Made by a program: the position numbers and the translations under genes | DNA from: Eledone cirrhosa | Taxonomy: Eukaryota | Direction: 5' to 3' | Length of the DNA: 64,000 nucleotides | Assembly: GCA_964016885.1 (NCBI GenBank) | Contig: OZ024750.1 | Coordinates: 6,448,001 to 6,512,000, forward strand | Notes under the pieces: model-generated | What the model was told of the DNA's origin: nothing | Database searches by the model: none | Seen by the model: only the letters and a program-made list of their open reading frames with translations | Shown: in pieces, positions 15,986-32,924 of the stretch | Position numbering within the stretch: the first letter of the stretch is position 1 | How the letters are laid out: each line of letters starts with the position of its first letter

Positions 15986-17504
15986 AGGGCCGGTCAATAT
16001 AAATGGACTATATACACATTGGTTGATAGTATCGGTAGAGTATGGACTCTGGCTTACGTGGTTTCCAGTCATTTGACTGGAAGAGGAAAACCGAGGTTGT
16101 GCCTATATAAGGTGCAAATATTGATAAATGACATAAATATCAGGGATGTAGTGTGTGGGATACCATGTAGAAGCTCGTAATCCTGGCGTATGTTTAAACA
16201 TACAAACTCTTGGCTATTCCTGTACAAAATACGACTACATCACGGCTAATTTCGGAAAATTCTATCAACTGTATTTTCCCTTTTTTTCTGTCAACTCAGA
16301 TTATCAGTAGATTTCTAGGGCACTTTTTTATGTTTGCTTACTACACTTGGTACTTTGACAAGAGTTAGCACCATAATATAACGAGCAGACAAAAAAATAC
16401 GTTGGCAGCTTATTATTATCACCTCTATTAATCGTAGGGTCTCCTTTGCCCTACCTATTATTTATGGCAACTAAACATTACCATCAATAGTACGTACGTT
16501 GTGAGTCCTACATTCCAACATATATAATTAACAAGTTGACCGAAGGTTAGAATTATAGGAGAAATTTCGTATAAATTCTTCTCATATATATATATATATA
16601 ATATCTCATTTATTTGTCTTTAAGAAATACTTAAAATGACTTGCAGTTATTATTAGCCGTTTAGAGCGGTGACATTCAAAAATGCCATAATTTTTTCCAA
16701 CAGGAAGTCGAGAAATTATTCCATGTAATAGATTTGTTTTAATTTTCTTTGAATGCCAGCCCACCAACTAACCTCTAATTGGTCGCTGTTCCTCAGGCGA
16801 GAAAAAACATTGAAATAAACTGTTGTTAGTGTCTTAAAAATATAAGAGGACGCGATAGAATTCAGGTTCTTTGCTGTGTTCGTAATTTGCCAAAGTTCAA
16901 GTGGAATTAAAGTGATAATTCTTCATTCCCTCTTTGACTTCTACACTCACTTCCTTCATTCTTCCTGGTGCATTTCGTCTAACGTTTATCCTCCTCAAAA
17001 CTTTCTTCATAATCCTCCACCACCACCTTCTCTTCTTTTCCTCTTCTTTTTCTCTTCATTTTCTCTTTTTCTCTTCCTTTTCTCTGCTTTTTCTCTGCTT
17101 TTTCTCTTTTATTTCTCTTTTTTCCTCTTCTTTTCCTCTTCTTTGTCTCTTTGTTTCTTCTTTGTCTCTTTTCTTCTTTGTCTCTTTTCTTCTTTGTCTC
17201 TTTTCTTCTTTTTCACTTTTTTCTTCTTTTGCCTTTTTCTTCTTTTTTACTTTTCTTTTGTCCTCGTTTCTTTTTCTTTTCTTTTTCTTCTTTATTTCTT
17301 CTTCTTTATCTTTTGTTTTCTTTCTTTCTTTGTGTCCACCGCCACCGTCCTCGACTGCATTATCCTTCTGCTCCCCCTCCACCACCACCTAATAATGTTT
17401 ACGATGTTTTCGCCCCTGTTCAACAAAATAACACCTTCCATTCTTTTACTCATCGAACTAACAGAAAAGGTTTGTCCATCACTATACAGTTAAACTAGAC
17501 GACG

Positions 17505-17814
17505 AATTGTGAGAGACGTTAGAATGTCGGATAAAATAGTCACTGTATTTGTTCCAGTTCTGAGTTCAAATCAGCTTTGCCTCCCTTATCCTTTCAAGAT
17601 GAATAAGGTACCATTATATAAAGAGCGGTGAATTGGTAGTATCGGTAGAGGGTCGGACGCCATGTTTTGCAGCAAAGAGTTACGGCCCTTTATGGTCTGA
17701 GTTCAAATCTCGCTGGGGTTAACTTTGACTTTCATCGTTACGGGGTCGATAAAATAAAGTACCAGTAATACACTGGGATAATTGCTGGCCTTGTGCCAAA
17801 AGTAGAAACAATTA
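17505..17814 (+). mobile_element. SINE family A, old copy followed by young copy (17625-17814)
   Basis: B boxes and central domain in both. Confidence 0.85.
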
Positions 17815-18782
17815 TATATTGGAGTCGATTCGTCTCTCCCTCTCTCTCTCTCTCTCTCTCGCCATCTGTATTCAACACTATTTTGAGATGGACTCCACCA
17901 GGCTTTAACGCACAAGACAGGCCGTATATAAATCACTACGTTGCCTCATAAGACCCCGTCGGGAGTTAAGGCCACCCTTGGTAACCATGCAGCTATATGA
18001 AGGTATCGAAAACATTATTGTACTCCTTAACACTGAAGCCGCAAAGAAAGTTGTCCGTGTGTCTACCATACTGTTTATAAAGGAATCAAATCTTCAGTCA
18101 AATGTTTACTAAAACAACATTTTGGTTCATGTATAACTTTCGATCATTTCTTCTATTGCCGTTATAAATATTCACTTTACTTAAACGAGAGGAACATATT
18201 GTGAAATTATTTCTTGCTACCTTTATCAAGATTTACTTAATCAAGAATACGAAAAGGGCCCTTAACAACTGATCGCGTCTTAAGAGCTCCCTCTTAACAC
18301 ATGGCGTGTTTTGGACATTTTAAACTTGGCAGAGCCTATCTTTCTCCAGTTTAATGTATACTACTAATTTTAAAGCAAAACTGGTTTCAATTCCCACCTT
18401 ATTCCCATCAGTATTTAAATAATAAGCTTACTTTTCAGTGACTGCAAATCAATATTTCTAAACTACTACAAACTATCATCAGTTTACAGAACACATCATT
18501 GTATTATTATATGTGAATATTAAATACCTAGAGTTTAACTGTCTGTCTTGTTTTGTAGTACGACAACGCTTCGATTCTCGAAAAGACTATTAAATAAAGT
18601 AATAAAAATAACCTAATTGTAGTAAGTAACAATGACTGTACCAACTATTGGGCATACTATCATAATTAAGAAATGTCAAATCATTAAAGTGTCAATGTAT
18701 CTTGACCTCCTGTCAAGATCATTCTAGATATTTAATATTGTATTTCTAATACTTAAGAATTTAAAATTGTTTTAAACACACA

Positions 18783-18862
<80 letters not shown>

Positions 18863-18865
<3 letters not shown>

Positions 18866-19094
18866 GTAATAAACAACATAAGAAAATTATTCCATTTACC
18901 AAAGGTTTCACGGAGACAGACGAGCTCGACACAGACGCCTGAAATCGCTCATCAGAATGAAATTTTATTTGATGTGAATGTAAGATATGGATTTAAAAAC
19001 AATTGAAAGCGAGGCTGTTGTTTATTACATAACTAAATAGCTCTGTAGCTTACATAGAGCACTCTCCTTTCCTTTACCTTGCCTACGGAAACAC
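18863..19094. mobile_element. Fold-back hammerhead element family 2, copy 1
   Basis: 16-bp inverted repeat 18863-78/19016-31, ~62-bp tail ending GGAAACAC, (TA)n on both sides; homologous to 59938-60145. Confidence 0.7.
18889..18963 (-). ncRNA. Type I hammerhead ribozyme
   Basis: Minus strand reads ATTTCATT-CTGATGA-GCG..CAGGCG..CGTCTG..CGT-GAAA-CC-TTT-GG-T-A-AATGGAAT: 8-bp stem I, two-part stem II, stem III ACC/GGT, GUA triplet. Confidence 0.8.
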
Positions 19095-19104
19095 AATATA
19101 TATA

Positions 19105-19405
19105 TATAGAGTCGTTAAAACGTCAGATAGAATGCTTTGTAGTAGTCGGTCTGGCTTTCTGCTCTCTGAATTCAAATTCTTTCGAGGTGGATAAAAAAAA
19201 AATAGTACCAGTCTAGTACTGGGGTCGATTCTTTCTCTATAACTCTTTCTCACTTCCTCTCTCTCTCTCATTTCCTATCGTTATCATTCTCTGGAAGAAA
19301 TTTACTGTAGTCAGGCCTGGAAAGGGATGGGCTCTGCCGGGTTTAAAATGCCCAAGAAACGTCGGATGCCAATACGGCACCCCTACAACTACATCAGGAG
19401 TTACA
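19105..19405 (+). mobile_element. SINE A-related subfamily with long 3' extension
   Basis: Degenerate head and central domain, then CATTCTCTGGAAGAAAT..GGGCTCTGCC..CAGGAGTTA. The extension recurs at 26120-26345 (+), 45083-45242 (-), 55300-55500 (-) and 18290-18350 (-). Confidence 0.65.
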
Positions 19406-20652
19406 AGACCATACAATACCATAGATCAATATATAGACATTACTAGAGTTTGAATTCAGTCAGCCCTCACCGAATGATATAAATATGTGCTAATGTTACA
19501 ATGCAATTCTATTATCGGTCAATAAGCAAAATTCTATCTGTGGGGCCCGAATATAATGTGTAGCAGTTGTATTTGGGATCTTCGAAATATCAAAATATAA
19601 TTTCGTTCTGTTGTATATATTAGAAATATTTAAATGTAAACTGAGGTTGAGATGAGGAGTGGAAGAGGTTTTGCTTGTAAACACAATTCTGTAATCAGAG
19701 ATCATCGCAACATAGAAGAGAACAAAATTTGTAGGTTCCATTCCATTTGAAATTTATGGTATCTTTGAATAATTATAATTCCATAATGCTCCAAACAATC
19801 TGAGACTGACACCGATATTTCTTCTTGTACCCAGTAAGAATTTACTCACTGTACTGATTCTGTTAAAACGCATTAATTTATAATTTCAAACTGATACAAT
19901 GTTGCGTGTTTTAACTTCTTGCTGTGATTCATGCAACTTCGCAGACAACTTGTCGCCAAATTAATTTGTAAATATAGTTTGTCTTTCGCTTTTGAAAGCG
20001 GTATGTATAGACATAATTTCTACTAGCTACTTGAGAGTGACTCACGCAAACATCTTCCTGTATCGATGTTATGTGCATGTAGTTTTAATTTGTATCCATT
20101 TCAGATGTAATATGCAAGATACTTAAGAAATAACTAATTTTATATGCGAATGAATATTTGATATGTTTGCAGTTGTACATGAAATATAAAACCCGCGAAA
20201 ACCGGCTTCGTTCGAAAACTTTCGAGGTTTTAATAATTATATTTGTATTACCCAGTTTATTTGGATAAAAACAAAGGTAAAAAAATAAAAGAAACTTTGG
20301 AGAATTAAAGATGGTATGATCTCGGGATAAGAAAAAATGTTAAGAATTTAATAAAACTACGAGATAGGTTTTATAAAAGTACAGAACATTTGCCATCTCG
20401 TTGTCTTATGACAAGGGCTGCGCTATTAGTTTGCAGCGTTTCTCAAGGGTTTCCTTCGTTACAGAAAAGACAAAAAAAAACTGAAATATTTTATTACTAT
20501 TTTCTTAATAGTATTAATGGGTGCCCTTATTGTGGAGTTCAGATATATGAGCAGTGACATGAAATAACCAAGAAAATGTTTTATAAGTGCAGGAAGATGG
20601 GGGACGAGGGTTGATGATTTCAATATCGAATGGAATACAGATATATAATATA

Positions 20653-20739
20653 ACTGTTTCTACGTTAGGCACAAGGCCAGCAATTACCTAGTGCATTACT
20701 GGTACTTTATTTTATCGACCCCGTAAGGATGAAAGGCTA
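20653..20739 (-). mobile_element. SINE family A, 3' half
   Basis: Reverse complement of central domain and tail. Confidence 0.85.
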
Positions 20740-21188
20740 CAGATATATAATATAATGTCAGTAAACAAGCATCTGCATGGGTGTGCATATGCTTAGGCGT
20801 ATATGAATGCGTGTGTACATATACTGAGGCGTATATGAATGCGTGTGTGCATATACTGAGGCGTATATGACTGCGTGTGTGCATGCTGTTAAATTTGCGA
20901 CGAAATAAAGCTGAAGCATTGCTGATTTCTCACGTTTTTCGAATTATACTATTCTCATGAATATGTAGGCATATATGTATATATAAATGTATCCACACAC
21001 ACACACACACACACGTGTGTATATAATGTATGTATATATTTCGCGAGAATGAGAGAGATTTATAGATGTGTGTGCATGTACATATACAGTAGATGCTACT
21101 TATTAAAGTCACTGACCTTATTATTAACGGGTTATTGTGATTGAAAAGGATTTGTCCTAAGGTGATCACATTAAGCGGCTTCCACTAC

Positions 21189-21267
<79 letters not shown>

Positions 21268-22556
21268 TGCGTGTCCTTTTCTTCCGAATGTTAGTAAGAA
21301 TGGAAACTGTTATGCATAATTGAATTCAGACGAACATTCCAACAGGCTTGAGACGTGAGATAATGTTTATATCAGTGAACAATGCCCATATATGGCTCTT
21401 GTGCCATTGAAACAAATCAATAAAAACACATATATATAAAAACGTGCTTGTCTGTTGTTGTATGTGTAGAATTATTTAACTGGAAATCTATTAACCTTTT
21501 TTTTTCCTTCTCATTTTGTTGTCTGTTTCACTCAATTGTCTTTTCACTGGTCGATATTGAGAACTATTAAGCGATAACGAATCCCTATTTATTGACCCAA
21601 GAAGATAAAATTACCTGATTATGGCGATCTTAAAGCAATAACCAACTCCTGCACACATATTGCTTAATCAGACTGGAAAACTATTCTAAATTCTTAATAT
21701 ATTTAGCTCCAACATCTGTTTGGTTTTCAAAAGATAGATTTTACGTTCAAGTTGTCTCCTCTGGAACATTTTCCAATTGATCCATTACATACAACTTCTA
21801 TGAGAATATGTCCATTTCTACTTTCGTTTCCTCTCTTTTTTCCTTCTTTTATTTTTGTTTGTTTTTGTCTTCGTTTTCATTCATGATTCTTGGTAATTCT
21901 TATAAAATTCTTATCATGTTGCTTCTGCTACTGTTGTTATTCATTTTTGTTTTTCTCCTTCACTTTTAAATCTGAATACGCCGTTAACAAGAATATTAAC
22001 TCTTAACATTCTGCAATAATTTAACAGAAAATATCTAAAGACTGGTTTGTTAATTCAAATGTTTGTAATATTTTTTTCATTTTACTCATTTACAGCATTA
22101 AAGTAAAACCTTTCAGTTGTAACATGATGCAGTCATAGTTTAGTTTCATGTGGTGCAAGTGTTCAGTTCATAGATCAATGAGGTTTGTCTCCATCGTTAA
22201 AGATATAGTTTTCCTTATATATTTACTCGAAATGAGACAAAATAGTATTATCATTCTCTTTGTTGTCGTTTTCATTAAATGCGAGACAGAAGTGGTTAAC
22301 ATTTACATCGTTTTGGTATTGTATTACTGACTGAGTCTTGTGATTTGCTTTTGGAAATACCAGATAAGATTGAAGAAGGTGATATTTCGCGTCTTGTGAA
22401 ATCGCTCTTTCTAGGTGCCTCGTAATTTGAATGTACTTTTGGGTGTTAATTTGTCCCTTTAGATTATCATTTTCTTTGTATTTCACCATTATACTGTCCC
22501 AAACATATTGGTCCCTTGTCGTCATTATTGGTATTATTATTGGTGATATTATTATT

Positions 22557-23007
22557 GGTGGATTGGCAGTATCGGTAGAGCGTCAGACACCATGCTTTGC
22601 AACGTAGAGTTACGGCCCTTTATGATCTGAGTTCAAATCCCGCCGAGGTTAACTTTGCCTTTCATCTTTACGGGGTCCATAAAATAAAATACCAGTCACA
22701 CACTGGGGTCGATTTATTGGACTTTCCCCTCCGCCAAAATTGCTGGCCTTGTGTTTATATAAGAAACCATTATATATTATTTATGGTGGTTGACTGGTAG
22801 TATCGGTAGAGCGTCGGAGAACATGCTTTGCGTCATATTTAGTTGCGGTCCTTTAAGTTCTGAGTTCAAATCCCGCTGAGATTAGCTTTGCCTTTCGTCT
22901 TTACGGGGTCGATAAAATAAAATACCAGTATCGTACTAGGGTAGATTTAATAAATCCCCATCTCTTTAACTTGCTGATGTTGTATTAAAAGTAGAAACAA
23001 TTATTAT
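22557..23007 (+). mobile_element. SINE family A, two tandem copies
   Basis: 22557-22773 and 22785-23007. Confidence 0.9.
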
Positions 23008-23399
23008 TTTCATATTCCCCTTCCCCTTCTTCACATCATCATCATCATCTCTCAGACACGTCTATTTTAATAAGAAACTGTTTAATCTAACCATATTACC
23101 TTGACCATTACTGCAACAAATGAATTGTAATGTCTTTATAATCCTATAATATAAAGCCAATGACCAATATATATATATATATATATATATAGTAATAATA
23201 TATATATATACTAAATAGTAAGAACATACACGTAATGGCGTCTATTAATAATATTTATGTAATGGACATAATGGTGCTAACTGGACTGTTTCACTGATGC
23301 AGATTTAATAGATTAAGAACAAATCACTGTTTCCACAAATCTATATATCTATATATCTATATATATATATATTTATCTTATATTCATCTATTTTCAATT

Positions 23400-25802
<2,403 letters not shown>

Positions 25803-26488
25803 TTGTAGTACACATATAGTAATATGCCAGTGGATAATACATACAATATTATACATTCCTATTAGATTACTTTCTATTTCACATATTTACCATATATTTA
25901 TGTAATATAATGCTTGTTATATTAGAGACTAAATACCACAATCAACCTTTCTAGCAGCGATAAATATGTCTCTTTTACAGTTATACTCCAATCTAAAAGT
26001 AGTCCTGCAATGTTTTCCATTTCTATTCATACCCTTCAGTTTTGAATAATAATTTCTAGTACAACCGCAAGACCTGGAATTTTCCTGCAGGGTGGAAATG
26101 TCCTCTGTTAATTTAGATGAGGTAGCGAATTAGTAGAACCGTTAGAACCTCAGTGGTATTCGTTTTGGTTCTCTGATCTCTGAGTTCAAATCTCACCGAG
26201 GTCAACTTTGCATTTTACCCATTCAATGTCGATAAAAAAAAGTAACAGTCTAGTACTAGAGTCGATTCTTTCAGTGTATCTCTTTTTCACTTCCTCTCGC
26301 ATTCTTTTTGTCCTTCTCTGGAAGAAATCTGCAAGATTCAGACCTTTAAGTTCTGTGTCCAAATTCTATCGAAGTCACCTTTCGTATCTAATTACCAACT
26401 TTCAAACAGTTCTTGAACTATCTGCAGTTTTCAACATAAACTCTGGCGTCATGGTAATCTAAAATGGTATTATGAATTTTCTAGAGGG

Positions 26489-26670
26489 TCGGTTATCGTT
26501 AGAGAGTCGGACGCCATGCTTTTCAGCAAAGAGTTACGGCCTTTTGTGGTGTGAGCTCAAATCCCGCCGAGGTTAACTTTGCCTTTCATCCTTACGGGGT
26601 CGATAAAATAAAGTACCAGTAATACACTTGGATAATTGCTGGCCTTGTACCAAAAGTAGAAACAATTATA
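26489..26670 (+). mobile_element. SINE family A
   Basis: Consensus match. Confidence 0.9.
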
Positions 26671-26841
26671 TATGTTCATATATTATTGGAAACTAAACCA
26701 TATTTAATTATCTAGAGAATATGTAATACACGCCCTTTCCCATAATCCCACGAGGAAGGCTTTACTTATTTATATCTAATTACAGGACCAACTGATAGAC
26801 ATAAATTAATAAATATATTATAGCAATTGTCAACGGAATCG

Positions 26842-27845
26842 GGATTGTCTATGGTGTGTTTGATCTGTACTACACAGTAACCACAGAAATATCAGGATTG
26901 CCTATGGTGTGTTTGATCTGTACTACACAGTAACCACAGAAATATCAGGATTGTCTATGGTGTGTTTGATCTGTACTACACAGTAACCACAGAAATATCA
27001 GGATTGTCTATGGTGTGTTTGATCTGTACTACACAGTAACCACAGAAATATCAGGATTGTCTATGGTGTGTTTGATCTGTACTACACAGTAACCACAGAA
27101 ATATCAGGATTGTGTATGGTGTGTTTGATCTGTACTACACAGTAACCACAGAAATATCAGGATTGTCTATGGTGTGTTTGATCTGTACTACACAGTAACC
27201 ACAGAAATATCAGGATTGTCTATGGTGTGTTTGATCTGTACTACACAGTAACCACAGAAATATCAGGATTGTCTATGGTGTGTTTGATCTGTACTACACA
27301 GTAACCACAGAAATATCAGGATTGTCAATGGTGTGTTTGATCTGTACTACACAGTAACCACAGAAATATCAGGATTGTCTATGGTGTGTTTGATCTGTAC
27401 TACACAGTAACCACAGAAATATCAGGATTGCCTATGGTGTGTTTGTTCTGTACTACACAGTAACCACAGAAATATCAGGATTGTCTATGGTGTGTTTGAT
27501 CTGTACTACACAGTAACCACAGAAATATCAGGATTGTCTATGGTGTGTTTGATCTGTACTACACAGTAACCACAGAAATATCAGGATTGTCTATGGTGTG
27601 TTTGATCTGTACTACACAGTAACCACAGAAATATCAGGATTGTCTATGGTGTGTTTGATCTGTACTACACAGTAACCACAGAAATATCAGGATTGTGTAT
27701 GGTGTGTTTGATCTGTACTACACAGTAACCACAGAAATATCAGGATTGTCTATGGTGTGTTTGATCTGTACTACACAGTAACCACAGAAATATCAGGATT
27801 GTCTATGGTGTGTTTGATCTGTACTACACAGTAACCACAGAAATA
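26842..27845. repeat. Minisatellite, 53-bp unit x ~19
   Basis: GGATTGTCTATGGTGTGTTTGATCTGTACTACACAGTAACCACAGAAATATCA, near-identical, no spacers. Confidence 0.97.
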
Positions 27846-27885
27846 AGTCTGCAATTTGACACCTGAGATTTTCCTACACATTATA

Positions 27886-28067
27886 ATAATTGTTTCTACT
27901 TTTTGGCTCAAGGCCAGCAAATACCAGTACAATCCTGGTACTTTATTTTATAAACCCCAAAGGGCAAAGTTAACCTCGGCGCGATTTTAACTTGGATCGT
28001 AAAGGGACGTAACTATGCTGCTAAGCATGGCGTTCGACCCTCTACCGATACTGCCAATCCACCGCCC
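27886..28067 (-). mobile_element. SINE family A
   Basis: Reverse-complement consensus match. Confidence 0.85.
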
Positions 28068-28210
28068 TACATATTATAATAATGTCAATAGTTTCTGTAA
28101 GACTGAATCTCTCCACTATTAAACATTCTTTCTAATTAAACAGTCTGCATCTATAGAGGTAAAGTCTCGAATTCTGCTATTTTAAATGAACATTTATTAA
28201 ATTATTATTA

Positions 28211-28314
28211 CCGTATTTCCCGGCGTCAAAGACGCTACTTTTTCCCTAAAATAAGTCTAAAAAATCTACCATGCGTCCACGAGGACGAAGCATCTTCGGC
28301 ATCGGGAAATACGG
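28211..28314. mobile_element. pogo/Tc2-like MITE
   Basis: 12-bp TIR CCGTATTTCCCG, TA target duplication. Confidence 0.75.
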
Positions 28315-28549
28315 TATATCTGGAGATTAGTAGTGCATCATGTTTCTTTATTTACAACCTTTAAGTTCTGGGTTCAAATTCCATCGAAATCATATTTCGG
28401 TATATTTCATCTATTACAATGGTGGAATAACAGAACATGTCTCTCGATTATTAAACCATAATAAACCCTGTGGTGCTCTTAAGGGTATAAACTCAACGGT
28501 TATTCATTCACCGTAGGATAAGACACCCTGGGAAAATACACAAATATAT

Positions 28550-28900
28550 GGTCACTTGTATTGCTAGAAATAGCAGCTGATCTCATTCAAATCACGCACT
28601 TCCCGTCTTAGAAAAGGAAAGACACGTTGAATAATGTATGAATAAATAAAAGAAAGCAGTCGGCTTATTCATGGCTGGAATGCCATTAATATTAATCAAA
28701 TCAATCAGAATTGACTCAGGGTTAAACAACACCACTGTTCCTTATTAGGCAAATCTTCAGAAAATTACACCTTTATGTCTTAATCAGGGATGGACACATT
28801 TCTTTTGTAATGTCTGGAAAAATAAACAGGATGGTCATGGCTAGAATACCTTTCATCATAGATTTTTACAATGAGGTCTGACCTGGGGTTAACAACAACA
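28550..28900. repeat. Old unclassified dispersed repeat
   Basis: Motifs TTGCTAGAAATAGCAGC..ATGGCTGGAATGCC..GGGTTAAACAAC recur at ~6905-7050 and ~36570-36740, and reversed at ~4840-4905, ~6500, ~36000 and ~63325. Confidence 0.5.
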
Positions 28901-29284
28901 AAATCGCCAGGATTTCATGCAGACTATGCAGTGTTATTTGTTTTAAAACTATAGGGATAATGAGAGAGAGAGATATACGGGAGAGGGGGGGTAATGAGAG
29001 AGGGGGGGTAGACGGGAAAGAGAGACGGGAGAGGGGGTAATGAGAGAGAGGGGGAGATAGAGTAACGTGAACGAAAAAGATGAGTTCCATTACGTCAGTC
29101 TCATTGAAAAGTGATAATTAGTCTAAACCATATAAATTGATTGAATAGCTCAAAGACCCACCCCTAATTAACCTTCAGGTCCGGCCACGAGTTATAATGT
29201 CTGCTGGAAGAGCGTAGACTGTGGTGTAGAGTAGGGAGGGTGGGAAGTAACTCTATATAGCTCAGTCTCCCACATAATACGTCT

Positions 29285-29822
29285 ACATACACAGACACAC
29301 TCACACAGATACAGGCACACACAGAGACAGACACACTCACACAGACACGCACACACACTCACACAGACACACTCACACAGATACAGACACACTCACACAC
29401 AGACACACTCACACAGACACGCACACACACGCACACACAGACACACTCTCACACACATACATACACGCAGACACACTCACACACTCACACGCAGACTCAC
29501 TCACAGAGACGGACCCACACACACACACTCACACACAGACACATACGTAATGAAACATTTATACATATGTCTCCATGTGTGTCTGTTTGTCTAGTACGTG
29601 CAGTCAGACACCATACACACACATAACCACACACATAACCACACACACACACACAACCACACACACACATAACCACACACACACACACACACACAACCAC
29701 ACACACACACACAACCACACACACACACATAACCACACACACACATAACCACACACACACATAACCACACACACACATAACCACACACATAACCACACGC
29801 GCATTAAACATACACATACACA
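29285..29822. repeat. (CA)n-rich compound repeat
   Basis: Direct inspection. Confidence 0.9.
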
Positions 29823-30269
29823 CCGTCAAACATCTGAACACAAATACATGTACAATTCAAAAGTCGAAGTCGAATCACTACACACGTGATTACTCTTATA
29901 CGCGTAGATACATGTGTGTGAGGTGTCAGCGATTTCCATAAAAGAACTGCAAGATGGACCACTTACTAAGGCCCTCGCTAGAGATAATAGATATGTTGAT
30001 GACACATCGATCAATTAGAAAATATCCACAGGCGAAGCATTTAATATAAAGAGCTTGGAAATAAATGGCGTAAAGTGTTCAAGATGCTGACACATAGCAA
30101 GGATCATACTGAGTGATTCTGAAGTAAAAACATGTTATAGTTTGATTTTCGGCAGTATGGGATAAACATTTTGTCATAGGAGACCTAGGAATGGTAACTT
30201 CATAATGTAACTGTTATGAATGTAATTTTCCTTGAATAAGAATTTCGAAATCTAAATGATCTGAATGTA

Positions 30270-30536
30270 CAGGGTTATTCAAAAAGAATGAACCGATTTC
30301 ATTACGCAATATTTTAATCAGGAAAACCAATAGAAAACTGCAGCCAAGTCACAAGTATTCTACTCACAATCGACCTTTATTTCCTGTCTTACAAGTGTTC
30401 AAATGTGGCCACCACCTGCAGCCATTCAAAACTTAGAAAACTCCTCTTTCAAATGGTCACTGACTCATTCCATGACGATGCTTAAGAACTGAAGCAATGC
30501 GTCATGAAATCGGTTCAGTCTTTTTTAATAACCCTG
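30270..30536. mobile_element. Tc1/mariner-type MITE
   Basis: ~39-bp TIR CAGGGTTATT(C/A)AAAAAGA(A/C)TGAACCGATTTCAT(T/G)ACGCA, TA on both sides. Confidence 0.85.
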
Positions 30537-30554
30537 TATAATCTGAACAGTGAT

Positions 30555-30790
30555 GATGAGTGGCTTAGTGGTTAGGGTTATTCAGCACACGACAGTAAGG
30601 TTATGAAATCGATTTCAGGAGACGTATTTTGTCCTTCAACAAGACATTTTATTTGATGTTGCTCCAGCTCACTCACCTGACAAAAATGAGCTGTACCTGT
30701 GATTCAAAGAGGCAGTATTGGTACAGACTGCATTGTGCTGAATCTTCCTGAGAATTGGGATAAAAAGACATGTGTCTGGATCACACTCTC
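30555..30790 (+). mobile_element. SINE family B2, diverged
   Basis: TGGCTTAGTGGTTAGGG head, degenerate CORE, CTGAATCTTCCTGAGAA. Confidence 0.7.
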
Positions 30791-30969
30791 ACACACATAT
30801 CTACTAACAGAAATATATACGTACGTATGTATGTGTGTATTTATATAATATATATATTTATATGTGATTTGTGTGTGAATGTATGATCTGTGTATATATC
30901 TATATCTATATATATATTCGATTCTTTGCTTAAACATTAATCTGTTATTTTGATAAATATTTGCTCTAT

Positions 30970-31086
<117 letters not shown>

Positions 31087-31148
31087 TTATTATCCTTATC
31101 GAGTCTTCTTCGTATTTTAGTCTTCACGTTTATTACTATTATTATCAT

Positions 31149-31334
31149 TGTGGATTGTCAGTATCGGTAGAGGGTCGGACGCCATGCTTTCCAGCAGAGT
31201 TACGTCCCTTTACGATCTGAGTTCAAATCCCGCCGAGGTTGACTTTGCCTTTCATCCTTACGGGGTCGATAAAATAAAGTACCAGTAATGCACTGGGTAA
31301 TTGCTGGCCTTGTGCCTAAAGTAGAAACAATTAT
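31149..31334 (+). mobile_element. SINE family A
   Basis: Near-consensus full copy. Confidence 0.9.
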
Positions 31335-31532
31335 ATATATTATATATATATATGGTCGAACCTCACATACGTATATCTACGATCATTCAACATGTTCATC
31401 TACCATACATTGGTAATTGTACACACATTACCTCCAGACATATTATGAAATGTTATACTGAAATGCCAATAGCGCCATTATGACAATAATAACAATAACA
31501 ATAAATAATAGTCACAAGAAAACATTATTATC

Positions 31533-31572
<40 letters not shown>

Positions 31573-32166
31573 ATTATTAAACTATTGACTGCGGGCCTCA
31601 TGTCTCTGCTGCTATTTCATTCTGGCTTACTTTGGGCGACATGTTGTTTCATCAAAATTAGCCTCGAGGATTTTTTTCTTTCTTATTTATCTATTTATTT
31701 ATTTATTTATCTATTTATTTATTTATTTATCTATTTATCTATTTATTTATTTATTTATTTATTTATTTATCTATTTATTTATTTATTTATTTATTTATTT
31801 TGTTTGTGGCTTATTTTTTTCTTTTCAACTGGTTTGTTTGTTTCTTTATTTCTTGCTTTATTTGTATTTTTTGAAATTGTAAAACCACACGCAAATACAA
31901 AGCATAGTTATAACTAAATCGAGATACATGCACCAGCACACATATAAGTACATAGACACACGCAATGCAATCATGCATTGCTATATCTATATGTTAAACT
32001 ACATATATCTGACATTTAAGATTACATTAAAAACAAAATCGTATTTGAAACGCAGGAAAAATACAACAAAACCACGAATTATAAAAAACGAAACGAAAGA
32101 ATAAGGAAGTATTTTAACGCTTAGATATTTCGAGCAAGGAAGCTATAGATATGCATACATACATGC

Positions 32167-32219
<53 letters not shown>

Positions 32220-32356
32220 CATGTGTGTGCATGTATATATATGTATATATACATACATGTGTGTGCATATATATATATATGTATTTATACATACATGTGT
32301 GTGTATGTATATATATGTATGTATATATATATGTGTATGTATATATGTGTATGTAT

Positions 32357-32390
<34 letters not shown>

Positions 32391-32924
32391 GTATATATAT
32401 ATATATATACACACACATACAGATAATGCATGTTTAAGCAGTATCCAATTATTTACATGTATACATATATTCATATATACACCAAAATTACCTTATCTCT
32501 ATGTATGCGTATATATATATATATATAAATATATATATATATAATGTGTGTGTGTGTATATATATATATGTGTTTAAGCAGTATCCAATTATTTACTTGT
32601 ATATATATACATATATTAATATTCATATATATATATATATATACACACCAAAATTAACTTATCTCCGTGTGTGTTTGACAACTACAAACCGTTGGAATTC
32701 TGTGTAATCACTAAAAGACGCGCGACACGTTCTCCCGAGAGTTGTTTTACAAATCACTGACAATATGTTGGCATTTGGGCTCACATAACTTTCTTCTCCT
32801 TCTCTCTCTCCTCCTCTCTTCCTATTTGAGGTCACCAATAAGTTTGATACCAACCCGCCCAAAATCCGCCTCTCTATGAAACAAAATCATCCATTTTAAA
32901 GGGTTCCTACTTGTTGCCACTTGT

